DNA of 64,000 bases from positions 37,758,001 to 37,822,000 of the forward strand of contig OZ286462.1 of the NCBI GenBank assembly GCA_965644265.1. Reading direction: 5' to 3'. Of the stretch, positions 22,791-35,700 are shown one piece after another; within the stretch, counting starts at the first letter, position 1, and each line of letters starts with the position of its first letter. The notes beneath the pieces are model-generated. The model worked only from the letters and a program-made list of their open reading frames with translations. It had not been told where the DNA came from and ran no database searches. The position numbers and the translations under genes were made by a program. The stretch is from Glycera tridactyla (Eukaryota).

Positions 22791-23470
22791 TTAAGTGTAT
22801 TTCATGCTAAATAGTGTAGGATGCAAGAGATTTGAGATCAGGAGAGGCCACATTTCAGTGTTAAATCATAAATGTCCGTGTTTGACTCATTCTTGATGCA
22901 ACCTCAATTGTTCCAATTCAGCTAAAAGGAACTGTCTCTCTTCTGGCTGATAGGAGGGGTCAATTTCATAATAAATACGGTTCAATGATCTATTCTAGTG
23001 GGTACACTCTTTTAACGGAAATGAAGAATGTTCTGTGATAGGACTTCCAACTTTTACAATGGACACCAAACTACAAGGCATGATGTGGCCCATTGATACG
23101 CATGTTGATGTCAGGTTTGATGCATGTCTGTGCATGTTATGCATGTCAGATGAGACATCATGGTTTGCAAATCATGAGTATTTCTGACATTTTATTTTGG
23201 AAATAGTTCTGTGATGATGAACACTAAAATACCAAATATTCGGAAATGACCTCTGATGAGTGACCACCTAACTAACACAACCAGCGACTGGCATAAATAG
23301 TTGTGATTAACTGCAACTACTGACTACTCGAGGTGACCACTTAGCGACAAAGACAAAATGATCCTCTATCAGTTTATCGGATGATGATATTTCGGTGCAA
23401 ATTCAATGTTTTGAACCTTGAAATGGTTAATACAACTCCATACAAACTCCCTGCTGTATCTTCAGTAATA

Positions 23471-23642
23471 AAGTGAAACCTGTCTTGGGAGACCCCTCTT
23501 TTGGGAGACCACCCTCTAATGGGAGACCGCTCATTATCGACTTCTTTATTTGACAATCAAACATACCTCCAATGAGACCACCTGTCTTGAGAGACCACTT
23601 TTCGTTGGCGTTTTGGGTGGTCTCCCAAGACAGGTTTCACTG
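23471..23642. mobile_element. Tc1/mariner-type MITE (GAGACCACC sub-repeats)
   Basis: TA-AAGTGAAACCTGTCTTGGGAGACC ... GGTCTCCCAAGACAGGTTTCACTG-TA. Confidence 0.8.
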
Positions 23643-23647
23643 TAATA

Positions 23648-24231
23648 CAGGGCGCGAAGAGATAGCCTCCCGAACGCCTCGGGCGTGCCGAAATCGCCGT
23701 CGGGCGGGTGAATCTCAAAGTTACACGTCTTTTTCGGGCAGGCAGTTTTGGCGCATATACATGTCAGATCGCATTGAAAAGTCGTGAAATACAAGTGTAT
23801 TTATCAAATTATTCGCAGGTGAGTTTTGTTTGTTTCGGACCATGAATCGCCATCTTCAAAGCTGGAGGTGATAAAGAACCGGCACAGATATCTGTCGCAA
23901 TCCCTGATTAGCCAAATTGCCAAAATCGCGGCGAATTCCGCCAATCAGCGACCTGCTTTCATGGAGCTCACGCCGCAGGATGTCAACAACATGCGCAGAA
24001 GACGATTTTTTATCACCTGCGCAGGTTTCGGAACCACGAGGAAGCCGAGCTAACGAACAAATTTTACCACGTTTGACGTGTTTTTCTAGGCAATTTGATG
24101 TATATATATACAAGTATTTCCACAATCCCGATGACATTCGTGTACAGACGAGTTGTGTTTCGAGCGGGCGGGTGATATTGAATTTCACCCGCCCATTGGG
24201 GGGTGTTTTTTTTTTATGTCTTCGCGCCCTG
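23648..24231. mobile_element. hAT-like MITE (CAGGGCG family) with 5-bp target duplication
   Basis: TIRs CAGGGCGCGAAGA / TCTTCGCGCCCTG; TAATA on both sides; homologous to 17592-18155. Confidence 0.85.
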
Positions 24232-24410
24232 TAATAGTCTGATCTTCATGATCTAAAAGCCAAAATGAGACAATAGCCTGGTCTCCCCGAAGATGACTCG
24301 AGAAAAATCGCGATAACTTTTAAAGCAAGTGCCCGATTCACACAATTCAAAAAGCATGTGAAAGCCAAAGTGTTACTGCGTGTGGTTTCAAAGTTCTGAT
24401 TAATCAAGTA

Positions 24411-25074
24411 CAGGGTTCCCACACTTTTGGACAAATGAAATTCAAGGGCTTTTCCCGGGCTTAGATGGCAATTTTTCCCGGGCTACTTTGTCAGTCTGAC
24501 ACAGTCACGATAGCATTCAAATTTTCGCGCCAAAACGTAAGCTGCTGATAGTTAACATTGATCTCACTCCGCGCCAAGTGGCGCTGCGATCGAATCGCGA
24601 AAAGCGCCACACGACGGAATTATCGGAAACTAACGCGAAAACAAGATGCGCAGAAGACGTTTTTACGAGCATCCCGTGTATCATGCGCGCAGCTTCTGAA
24701 CCGGCGTTCTGTCAAATGCAATTAACCAGTAGGATTAGCGATTATCAGCCAGTCTAATGGTAATACACAGCCGTCTTTTGTTCGCGTTAGTCCCCCGAGA
24801 CGTTCTTAACTATCCCCGGGCCATGGCGAGAAACCAGCCGTTGCTCGAATGTTTGTGTTTCGCTCCCGATTACGCGCAAAGAAAGTGACGATTGAACAGC
24901 CATCACCTGAGCAAGGCGCCGATTTTGTCGAGTTTCACACAATTTTAGTGATTTTCCCGGGATTTCAAAGGTTTTTACAGGCATTTCACTGAAATCCCGG
25001 GCTTTTCCCGACCGGGAACGCCGATTCGCCGATTCCCGGGCTTTTCCTGGTTTCCCGGGTGCGTGGGAACCCTG
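24411..25074. mobile_element. hAT-like MITE with 6-bp target duplication
   Basis: TIRs CAGGGTTCCCAC / GTGGGAACCCTG; TTTTCCCGGG subterminal repeats; CAAGTA on both sides. Confidence 0.85.
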
Positions 25075-25217
25075 CAAGTATTCGCGAGCGATCAGAGGCG
25101 ATATCAATAGAAAATGGATCAGACGTTGATCGCCTTTTTGTTCTGCATATGCTGTGGTGTATCTCACCTCAAAACCCAACTTCAACCAACTGAGAAGCAG
25201 GCTTCTGTGTCGATTAC

Positions 25218-26158
25218 CAGGTCGCGGACAACGTCTCTATTGGGCTACGTAGCTTATTTGGAGGGCGTTAGTCAATTAACGGACGCCTCTCATTTGACGG
25301 ATGCTGAACAAAAGGCAGATTCTCGCCATTATAAGTCAAACTTCATTAAAAATCCCACACTAACAGATAGAACATGTAATAATCTTCTAATGTGAGAAAT
25401 TTGATGGCTATCGGTCACGTTTCGGAGCGCTGGCGATGATTTTTTCGAGTGACAACGATCACGAATATCAACCTTCCTCCAGTAATTCCTCTGCGCGCAA
25501 AATTGAGGAAGCCGCCGCAACGGGATTTTTCTTATGTATAAAGAAAACAAAATTCCCCATCGATTGTATGTATTACATTTTGAATCGTATGTATTCATTT
25601 TTCTATATCTTGGTCGAAAGTCGGCAATATCGGATGTAAACAATCGCCGCCATCTTGTTTTTGACTCACCAGCTTCTCAACTTTGAGGCTGGATATTTCA
25701 GCAACCGCTCAATATAGAACGAAAACGAATACGGCGTACTAATGGCAAGGGATGAAAGATGATCATACTCGAGTCTCATAATTTTCCAATGTGTTTATCC
25801 CCTTCAAATCCGAGTGCAAAGTTACGATTTTACGGCAAACTTACGCCATTGCGAATCATCCTTTCCCGCCTGCCGTGTTGGTGACATCTGGCGGGGGTTC
25901 CCGGCGATCGCCCAGCGATGGATTTCCGCCAAGAACGCCGCCATTTGCCGTTGTTGTATCACAAAATGTGTGCAAACTATCGTTTTCTGACATGTTATGG
26001 TGGTTACTGGTGAGAGTTGATGTATGTATGGCCGTATATCGCAAATATTCGCGATTTTTCGAAATCCTGATGACGTCATCGCGAAACCCCCGTCCGTCAA
26101 ATTACTAACGCCCTCCAAATGAGCTACGTAGCCCAATAGAGACGTTGTCCGCGACCTG
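25218..26158. mobile_element. Non-autonomous DNA transposon with about 68-bp TIRs and 5-bp target duplication
   Basis: CAGGTCGCGGACAACGTCTCTATTGGGCTACGTAGC... nearly perfectly inverted at the right end; ATTAC on both sides. Confidence 0.9.
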
Positions 26159-26538
26159 ATTACAGCCTCCATCAGACAGGTGGTCATTGATGAGTGCAGG
26201 TAGCAAGCTCGTGATGTGTGATTAGCGCCAGAGATGAGTGGCGTTTGACAACTTGACACCAAATACATGGCGGCCCTGGTTGCCACATCATCCTATCAAA
26301 GGGCCTGCCTATCTTCTATCATATCTCAGCTAATACTGGTCCGATTTCTACAATCTAAACACCAAAATGATCAGCGGATTGAGATCATTCCTTGGATACC
26401 AACGAATTTGATCCGACATAGAATTTTCAATTCGCGATCGTGGCACATCGCCGATGTCATGTGGGAGACCCTGAAATCGCCTCAAACAAACGAATAGAAA
26501 GGTTATCACCATTACTATAATGTCTGGGTAATACTCAC

Positions 26539-26760
26539 AGTGGCAATGGAGCAGATGATCACAGATAACAGTTGCAGCTTGACTTGGTAACCATGCACGC
26601 TTACAAGATGGCCCCGGGGCCACTTCCGATTCTGTACCGGTAACCCTAAAGACCGGTAGCCCCGGTAACCCTAAATACCGAAATAAGCCGAAATGCCGAA
26701 ATACACCGAAATATACCGGAATACACATAAAAATACCGGAAAAAAGCCTATATAAGCCAC
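26539..26760 (-). promoter_or_regulatory. Candidate promoter and non-coding first exon of the SGNH-domain gene
   Basis: Minus-strand donor ACT|GTGAGTA at 26538; ETS-type CGGAAGTG (26621-26628) and YY1-type GCCATCTTG (26604-26612) motifs; CpG-rich. No transcript evidence. Confidence 0.4.
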
Positions 26761-26767
26761 TTCTTCA

Positions 26768-29700
26768 CGAGAACGCAGTTTACTGAAATTTAATAGGTAC
26801 TCCATGGCTTTTGAATCTTGTTCCTGATGGTACAGGACATGGGCTTCAGGCATGCAAAGAATGGGGAGGATTCATGTCAGCTTTTGAGAGCAAGATGGAT
26901 TCAAAGTTTGGGTGTCCGTCAGAAATGAAAATAATCACAGTCCATAATTTTCACATGTTAGCAATCTGAACCGCATGAGAACAATTCTATCTCTGCCAGT
27001 CTGGAGCTCGGTTTCCTCTGTTATCAGGACTGGACAAGCCAAGAGAACAGCCTGTTGTCATCAGGCATTGTATTTGGTGGATCAGCGGGGAGTATGAGGA
27101 GGCGTGTTGATGGGCATGACATATTTGAAAGCATTAAAAGTCAATTACGGAAACGCAGTTTACTGAAATTTAATAGGTACTCCATGGCTTTTGAAACTTG
27201 TTCCTGATAGTACTGGACATGTGCTTCAGGCATGCAAAGAATGGGGAGGATTCATGTCGGTTTTTGAGAGCAAGATTGATTCAAAGTTTGGGTGCCCGTC
27301 AGAAATGAAAATAATCACAAACCTCAATTTTCAGATGATTGACATCTGAAAGGCCAGTCTGGAGCTTGGTTTCTTTTGGCATTAGGACTGGACAAGCCAA
27401 GAGAACAGCCTGTTATCATCAGGCATTGTATTTGGTGAATGAATGCGGAATATGGGGAGGCGTGACGATGGGCATGACATATTTGAAAGCATTAAAAGTC
27501 AATTACGGAAACGCAGTTTACTGAAATTTAATAGGTACTCCATGGCTTTTGAATCTTGTTCCTAATGGTACAGGACATGGGCTTCAGGCATGCAAAGAAT
27601 GGGGAGGATTCATGTCAGCTTTTCGGAGCAAGATGGATTCAAAGTTTGGGTGTCCGTAAGAAATGAAAATAATCACAAACCTAAATTTTCAGATGATTGA
27701 CATCTGAACCGCACAAGAACAATTTTATCTCTGCCAGTCTGGAGCTTGATTTCCTTTGTTATCAGGACTGGACAAGCCAAGAGAACAGCCTGTTGTCATC
27801 AGGCATTGTATTTGGTGGATCAGTGGGGAGTATGAGGAGGCGTGTTGATGGGCATGACATATTTGAAAGCATTAAAAGTCAATTACGGAAACGCAGTTTA
27901 CTGAAATTTAATAGGTACTCCATGGCTTTTGAAACTTGTTCCTAATGGTACAGGACATGTGCTTCAGGCATGCAAAGAATGGGGAGGATTCATGTCAGCT
28001 TTTGAGAGCAAGATGGATTCAAAGTTTGGGTGTCCGTCAGAAATGAAAATAATCACAGTCCATGATTTTCACATGTTTGCAATCTGAACCTCACAAGAAC
28101 AATTCTATCTCTGCCAGTCTGGAGCTTGGTTTCTTTTGGCATTAGGACTGGACAAGCCAAGAGAACAGCCTGTTGTCATCAGGCATTGTATCTGGTGAAT
28201 AAATGCGGAATATGGGAAGGCATGACGATGGGCATGACATATTTGAAAGCATTAAAAGTCAATTACGGAAACGCAGTTCACTGAAATTTAATAGGTACTC
28301 CATGGCTTTTGAAACTTGTTCCTAATGGTACAGGACATGGGCTTCAGGCATGCAAAGAATGGGGAGGATTCATGTCAGCTTTTGAGAGCAAGATGGATTC
28401 AAAGTTTGGGTGTCCGTCAGAAATGAAAATAATCACAGTCCATAATTTTCACATGTTAGCAATCTGAACCGCATGAGAACAATTCTATCTCTGCCAGTCT
28501 GGAGCTTGGTTTCCTTTGTTATCAGGACTGGACAAGCCAAGAGAACAGCCTGTTGTCATCAGGCATTGTATTTGGTGAATCAGTGGGGAGTATGAGGAGG
28601 CGTGTTGATGGGCATGACATATTTGAAAGCATCAAAAGTCAATTACGGAAACGCAGTTTACTGAAATTTAATAGGTACTCCATGGCTTTCGAATCTTGTT
28701 TCCGATGGTACAGGACATGGGCTTCAGGCATGCAAAGAATGGGGAGGATTCATGTCAGCTTTTCGGAGCAAGATGGATTCAAAGTTTGGGTGTCCGGAAG
28801 AAATGAAAATAATCACAAACCTAAATTTTTAGATGATTGACATCTGAACCGCACAAGAACAATTTTATCTCTGCCAGTCTGGAGCTTGATTTCCTTTGTT
28901 ATCAGGACTGGACAAGCCAAGAGAACAGCCTGTTGTCATCAGGCATTGTATTTGGTGGATCAGTGGGGAGTATGAGGAGGCGTGTTGATGGGCATGACAT
29001 ATTTGAAAGCATCAAAAGTCAATTACGGAAACGCAGTTTACTGAAATTTAATAGGTACTCCATGGCTTTTGAAACTTGTTCCTAATGGTACAGGACATGT
29101 GCTTCAGGCATGCAAAGAATGGGGAGGATTCATGTCAGCTTTTGAGAGCAAGATGGATTCAAAGTTTGGGTGTCCGTCAGAAATGAAAATAATCACAGTC
29201 CATAATTTTCACATGTTAGCAATCTGAACCGCATGAGAACAATTCTATCTCTGCCAGTCTGGAGCTTGGTTTCCTTTGTTATCAGGACTGGACAAGCCAA
29301 GAGAACAGCCTGTTGTCATCAGGCATTGTATTTGGTGAATCAGTGGGGAGTATGAGGAGGCGTGTTGATGGGCATGACATATTTGAAAGCATCAAAAGTC
29401 AATTACGGAAACGCAGTTTACTGAAATTTAATAGGTACTTCATGGCTTTTGAAACTTGTTTCTGATGGTACAGGACATGGGCTTCAGGCATGCAAAGAAT
29501 GGGGAGGATTCATGTCAGCTTTTCGGAGCAAGATGGATTCAAAGTTTGGTGTCCGTAAGAAATGAAAATAATCACAAACCTAAATTTTTAGATGATTGAC
29601 ATCTGAACCGCACAAGAACAATTTTATCTCTGCCAGTCTGGAGCTTGATTTCCTTTGTTATCAGGACTGGACAAGCCAAGAGAACAGCCTGTTGTCATCA

Positions 29701-32700
29701 GGCATTGTATTTGGTGGATCAGTGGGGAGTATGAGGAGGCGTGTTGATGGGCATGACATATTTGAAAGCATTAAAAGTCAATTACGGAAACGCAGTTTAC
29801 TGAAATTTAATAGGTACTCCATGGCTTTTGAAACTTGTTCCTAATGGTACAGGACATGTGCTTCAGGCATGCAAAGAATGGGGAGGATTCATGTCAGCTT
29901 TTGAGAGCAAGATGGATTCAAAGTTTGGGTGTCCGTCAGAAATGAAAATAATCACAGTCCATAATTTTCACATGTTAGCAATCTGAACCGCATGAGAACA
30001 ATTCTATCTCTGCCAGTCTGGAGCTCGGTTTCCTCTGTTATCAGGACCGGACAAGCCAAGAGAACAGCCTGTTGTCATCAGGCATTGTATTTGGTGGATC
30101 AGCGGGGAGTATGAGGAGGCGTGTTGATGGGCATGACATATTTGAAAGCATTAAAAGTCAATTACGGAAACGCAGTTTACTGAAATTTAATAGGTACTCC
30201 ATGGCTTTTGAAACTTGTTCCTAATGGTACAGGACATGTGCTTCAGGCATGCAAAGAATGGGGAGGATTCATGTCAGCATTTGAGAGCAAGATGGATTCA
30301 AAGTTCGGGTGTCCGTCAGAAATGAAAATAATCACAGTCCATGATTTTCACATGTTTGCAATCTGAACCTCACAAGAACAATTCTATCTCTGCCAGTCTG
30401 GAGCTTGGTTTCTTTTGGCATTAGGACTGGACAAGCCAAGAGAACAGCCTGTTGTCATCAGGCATTGTATCTGGTGAATAAATGCGGAATATGGGAAGGC
30501 ATGACGATGGGCATGACATATTTGAAAGCATTAAAAGTCAATTACGGAAACGCAGTTTACTGAAATTTAATAGGTACTCCATGGCTTTTGAAACTTGTTC
30601 CTAATGGTACAGGACATGGGCTTCAGGCATGCAAAGAATGGGGAGGATTCATGTCAGCTTTTGAGAGCAAGATGGATTCAAAGTTTGGGTGTCCGTCAGA
30701 AATGAAAATAATCACAGTCCATAATTTTCACATGTTAGCAATCTGGACCGCATGAGAACAATTCTATCTCTGCCAGTCTGGAGCTTGGTTTCCTTTGTTA
30801 TCAGGACTGGACAAGCCAAGAGAACAGCCTGTTGTCATCAGGCATTGTATTTGGTGGATCAGTGGGGAGTATGAGGAGGCGTGTTGATGGGCATGACATA
30901 TTTGAAAGCATTAAAAGTCAATTACGGAAACGCAGTTTACTGAAATTTAATAGGTACTCCATGGCTTTTGAAACTTGTTCCTGATAGTACTGGACATGTG
31001 CTTCAGGCATGCAAAGAATGGGGAGGATTCATGTCGGCTTTTGAGAGCAAGATTGATTCAAAGTTTGGGTGCCCGTCAGAAATGAAAATAATCACAAACC
31101 TCAATTTTCAGATGATTGACATCTGAAAGGCCAGTCTGGAGCTTGGTTTCTTTTGGCATTAGGACTGGACAAGCCAAGAGAACAGCCTGTTATCATCAGG
31201 CATTGTATTTGGTGAATGAATGCGGAATATGGGGAGGCGTGACGATGGGCATGACATATTTGAAAGCATTAACAGTCAATTACGGAAACGCAGTTTACTG
31301 AAATTTAATAGGTACTCCATGGCTTTTGAATCTTGTTCCTAATGGTACAGGACATGGGCTTCAGGCATGCAAGGAATGGGGAGGATTCATGTCGGCTTTT
31401 GAGAGCAAGATGGATTCAAAGTTTGGGTGTCTGTCAGAAATGAAAATAATCACAGTCCATGATTTTCACATGTTTGCAATCTGAACCGCACAAGAACAAT
31501 TCTATCTCCGCCAGTCTGGAGCTTGGTTTCCTTTGTTATCAGGACTGGACAAGCCAAGAGAACAGCCTGTTGTCATCAGGCATTGTATTTGGTGGATCAG
31601 TGGGGAGTATGAGGAGGCGTGTTGATTGGCATGACATATTTGAAAGCATTAAAAGTCAATTACGGAAACACAGTTTACTGAAATTTAATAGGTACTCCAT
31701 GGCTTTTGAAACTTGTTCCTAATGGTACAGGACATGTGCTTCAGGCATGCAAAGAATGGGGAGGATTCATGTCAGCTTTTGAGAGCAAGATGGATTCAAA
31801 GTTTGGGTGTCCGTCAGAAATGAAAATAATCACAGTCCATAATTTTCACATGTTAGCAATCTGAACCGCATGAGAACAATTCTATCTCTGCCAGTCTGGA
31901 GCTCGGTTTCCTCTGTTATCAGGACTGGACAAGCCAAGAGAACAGCCTGTTGTCATCAGGCATTGTATTTGGTGGATCAGCGGGGAGTATGAGGAGGCGT
32001 GTTGATGGGCATGACATATTTGAAAGCATTAAAAGTCAATTACGGAAACGCAGTTTACTGAAATTTAATAGGTACTCCATGGCTTTTGAAACTTGTTCCT
32101 AATGGTACAGGACATGTGCTTCAGGCATGCAAAGAATGGGGAGGATTCATGTCGGCTTTTGAGAGCAAGATGGATTCAAAGTTTGGGTGTCCGTCAGAAA
32201 TGAAAATAATCACAGTCCATGATTTTCACATGTTTGCAATCTGAACCTCACAAGAACAATTCTATCTCTGCCAGTCTGGAGCTTGGTTTCTTTTGGCATT
32301 AGGACTGGACAAGCCAAGAGAACAGCCTGTTGTCATCAGGCATTGTATCTGGTGAATAAATGCGGAATATGGGAAGGCATGACGATGGGCATGACATATT
32401 TGAAAGCATTAAAAGTCAATTACGGAAACGCAGTTTACTGAAATTTAATAGGTACTCCATGGCTTTTGAAACTTGTTCCTAATGGTACAGGACATGGGCT
32501 TCAGGCATGCAAAGAATGGGGAGGATTCATGTCAGCTTTTGAGAGCAAGATGGATTCAAAGTTTGGGTGTCCGTCAGAAATGAAAATAATCATAGTCCAT
32601 AATTTTCACATGTTAGCAATCTGAACCGCATGAGAACAATTCTATCTCTGCCAGTCTGGAGCTTGGTTTCCTTTGTTATCAGGACTGGACAAGCCAAGAG

Positions 32701-35700
32701 AACAGCCTGTTGTCATCAGGCATTGTATTTGGTGAATCAGTGGGGAGTATGAGGAGGCGTGTTGATGGGCATGACATATTTGAAAGCATCAAAAGTCAAT
32801 TACGGAAACGCAGTTTACTGAAATTTAATAGGTACTCCATGGCTTTCGAATCTTGTTTCTGATGGTACAGGACATGGGCTTCAGGCATGCAAAGAATGGG
32901 GAGGATTCATGTCAGCTTTTCGGAGCAAGATGGATTCAAAGTTTGGGTGTCCGTAAGAAATGAAAATAATCACAAACCTAAATTTTTAGATGATTGACAT
33001 CTGAACCGCACAAGAACAATTTTATCTCTGCCAGTCTGGAGCTTGTTTTCCTTTGTTATCAGGACTGGACAAGCCAAGAGAACAGCCTGTTGTCATCAGG
33101 CATTGTATTTGGTGGATCAGTGGGGAGTATGAGGAGGCGTGTTGATGGGCATGACATATTTGAAAGCATTAAAAGTCAATTACGGAAACGCAGTTTACTG
33201 AAATTTAATAGGTACTCCATGGCTTTTGAAACTTGTTCCTAATGGTACAGGACATGTGCTTCAGGCATGCAAAGAATGGGGAGGATTCATGTCAGCTTTT
33301 GAGAGCAAGATGGATTCAAAGTTTGGGTGTCCGTCAGAAATGAAAATAATCACAGTCCATAATTTTCACATGTTAGCAATCTGAACCGCATGAGAACAAT
33401 TCTATCTCTGCCAGTCTGGAGCTCGGTTTCCTCTGTTATCAGGACCGGACAAGCCAAGAGAACAGCCTGTTGTCATCAGGCATTGTATTTGGTGGATCAG
33501 CGGGGAGTATGAGGAGGCGTGTTGATGGGCATGACATATTTGAAAGCATTAAAAGTCAATTACGGAAACGCAGTTTACTGAAATTTAATAGGTACTCCAT
33601 GGCTTTTGAAACTTGTTCCTAATGGTACAGGACATGTGCTTCAGGCATGCGAAGAATGGGGAGGATTCATGTCAGCTTTTGAGAGCAAGATGGATTCAAA
33701 GTTCGGGTGTCCGTCAGAAATGAAAATAATCACAGTCCATGATTTTCACATGTTTGCAATCTGAACCTCACAAGAACAATTCTATCTCTGCCAGTCTGGA
33801 GCTTGGTTTCTTTTGGCATTAGGACTGGACAAGCCAAGAGAACAGCCTGTTGTCATCAGGCATTGTATCTGGTGAATAAATGCCGAATATGGGAAGGCAT
33901 GACGATGGGCATGACATATTTGAAAGCATTAAAAGTCAATTACGGAAACGCAGTTTACTGAAATTTAATAGGTACTCCATGGCTTTTGAAACTTGTTCCT
34001 AATGGTACAGGACATGGGCTTCAGGCATGCAAAGAATGGGGAGGATTCATGTCAGCTTTTGAGAGCAAGATGGATTCAAAGTTTGGGTGTCCGTCAGAAA
34101 TGAAAATAATCACAGTCCATAATTTTCACATGTTAGCAATCTGAACTGCATGAGAACAATTCTATCTCTGCCAGTCTGGAGCTTGGTTTCCTTTGTTATC
34201 AGGACTGGACAAGCCAAGAGAACAGCCTGTTGTCATCAGGCATTGTATTTGGTGGATCAGTGGGGAGTATGAGGAGGCGTGTTGATGGGCATGACATATT
34301 TGAAAGCATTAAAAGTCAATTACGGAAACGCAGTTTACTGAAATTTAAAAGGTACTCCATGGCTTTTGAAACTTGTTCCTGATAGTACTGGACATGTGCT
34401 TCAGGCATGCAAAGAATGGGGAGGATTCATGTCGGCTTTTGAGAGCAAGATTGATTCAAAGTTTGGGTGCCCGTCAGAAATGAAAATAATCACAAACCTC
34501 AATTTTCAGATGATTGACATCTGAAAGGCCAGTCTGGAGCTTGGTTTCTTTTGGCATTAGGACTGGACAAGCCAAGAGAACAGCCTGTTATCATCAGGCA
34601 TTGTATTTGGTGAATAAATGCGGAATATGGGGAGGCGTGACAATGGGCATGACATATTTGAAAGCATTAAAAGTCAATTACGGAAACGCAGTTTACTGAA
34701 ATTTAATAGGTACTCCATGGCTTTTGAATCTTGTTCCTAATGGTACAGGACATGGGCTTCAGGCATGCAAAGAATGGGGAGGATTCATGTCGGCTTTTGA
34801 GAGCAAGATGAATTCAAAGTTTGAGTGTCTGTCAGAAATGAAAATAATAACGAACCATAATTTTTAGATGTTTGACATCTGAACCGCACAAGAACAATTC
34901 TATCTCTGCCAGTCTGAAGCTTGGGTTCTTTTGGCATCAGAACTGGACAAGCCAAGAGGACAGCCTGTCATCATCAGGCATTGTATTTGGTGGATCAGTG
35001 GGGAGTATGGGGAGGCGTGTTGATGGGCATGACATATTTGAAAGCATTGAAAGTCAATTATGAGAACGCAGTTTACTGGAATTTGATAGGTACTCCATGG
35101 CTTTTGAATCTTGTTCCTGATAGTACAGGACATGGGCTTCAGGCATGCGAAGAATGGAGAGGATTCATGTCGACTTTCAAGAGCAAGATGGATTCAAAGT
35201 TTGGGTGCCCGTCAGAAATGAAAATAATCACAAACCTCAATTTTTAGATGATTGACATCCGAACCGCACAAGAAAAATTCTATCTCTGCCAGTCTGGAGC
35301 TTGGTTTCTTTTGGCATTAAGACTGGACAAGCCAAGAGAAGAGCCTGTTATCATCAGGCATTTCATTTGGTGAATCAATGGGGAGTATGGGCAGGCGTGT
35401 TGACGGGCATGACATATTTGAAAGCCTTAAAAGTCAATTACGGAAACGCAGTTTACTGAAATTTAATAGGTACTCCATGGCTTTCGTAACTTGTTCCTGA
35501 TAGTACAGGACATGGGCTTCAGGCATGCGAAGAATGGGGACAATTCATGTCAGCTTTTGAAAGCAAGATGGATTCAAAGTTCGGGTGTCCGTCAGAAATG
35601 AAAATAATCACAGTCCATAATTTTCAAATGTTTGCAATCTGAACCGCACAAGAACAATTCTATCTCTGCCAGTCTGGAGCTTGGTTTCTTTCGGCATTAA

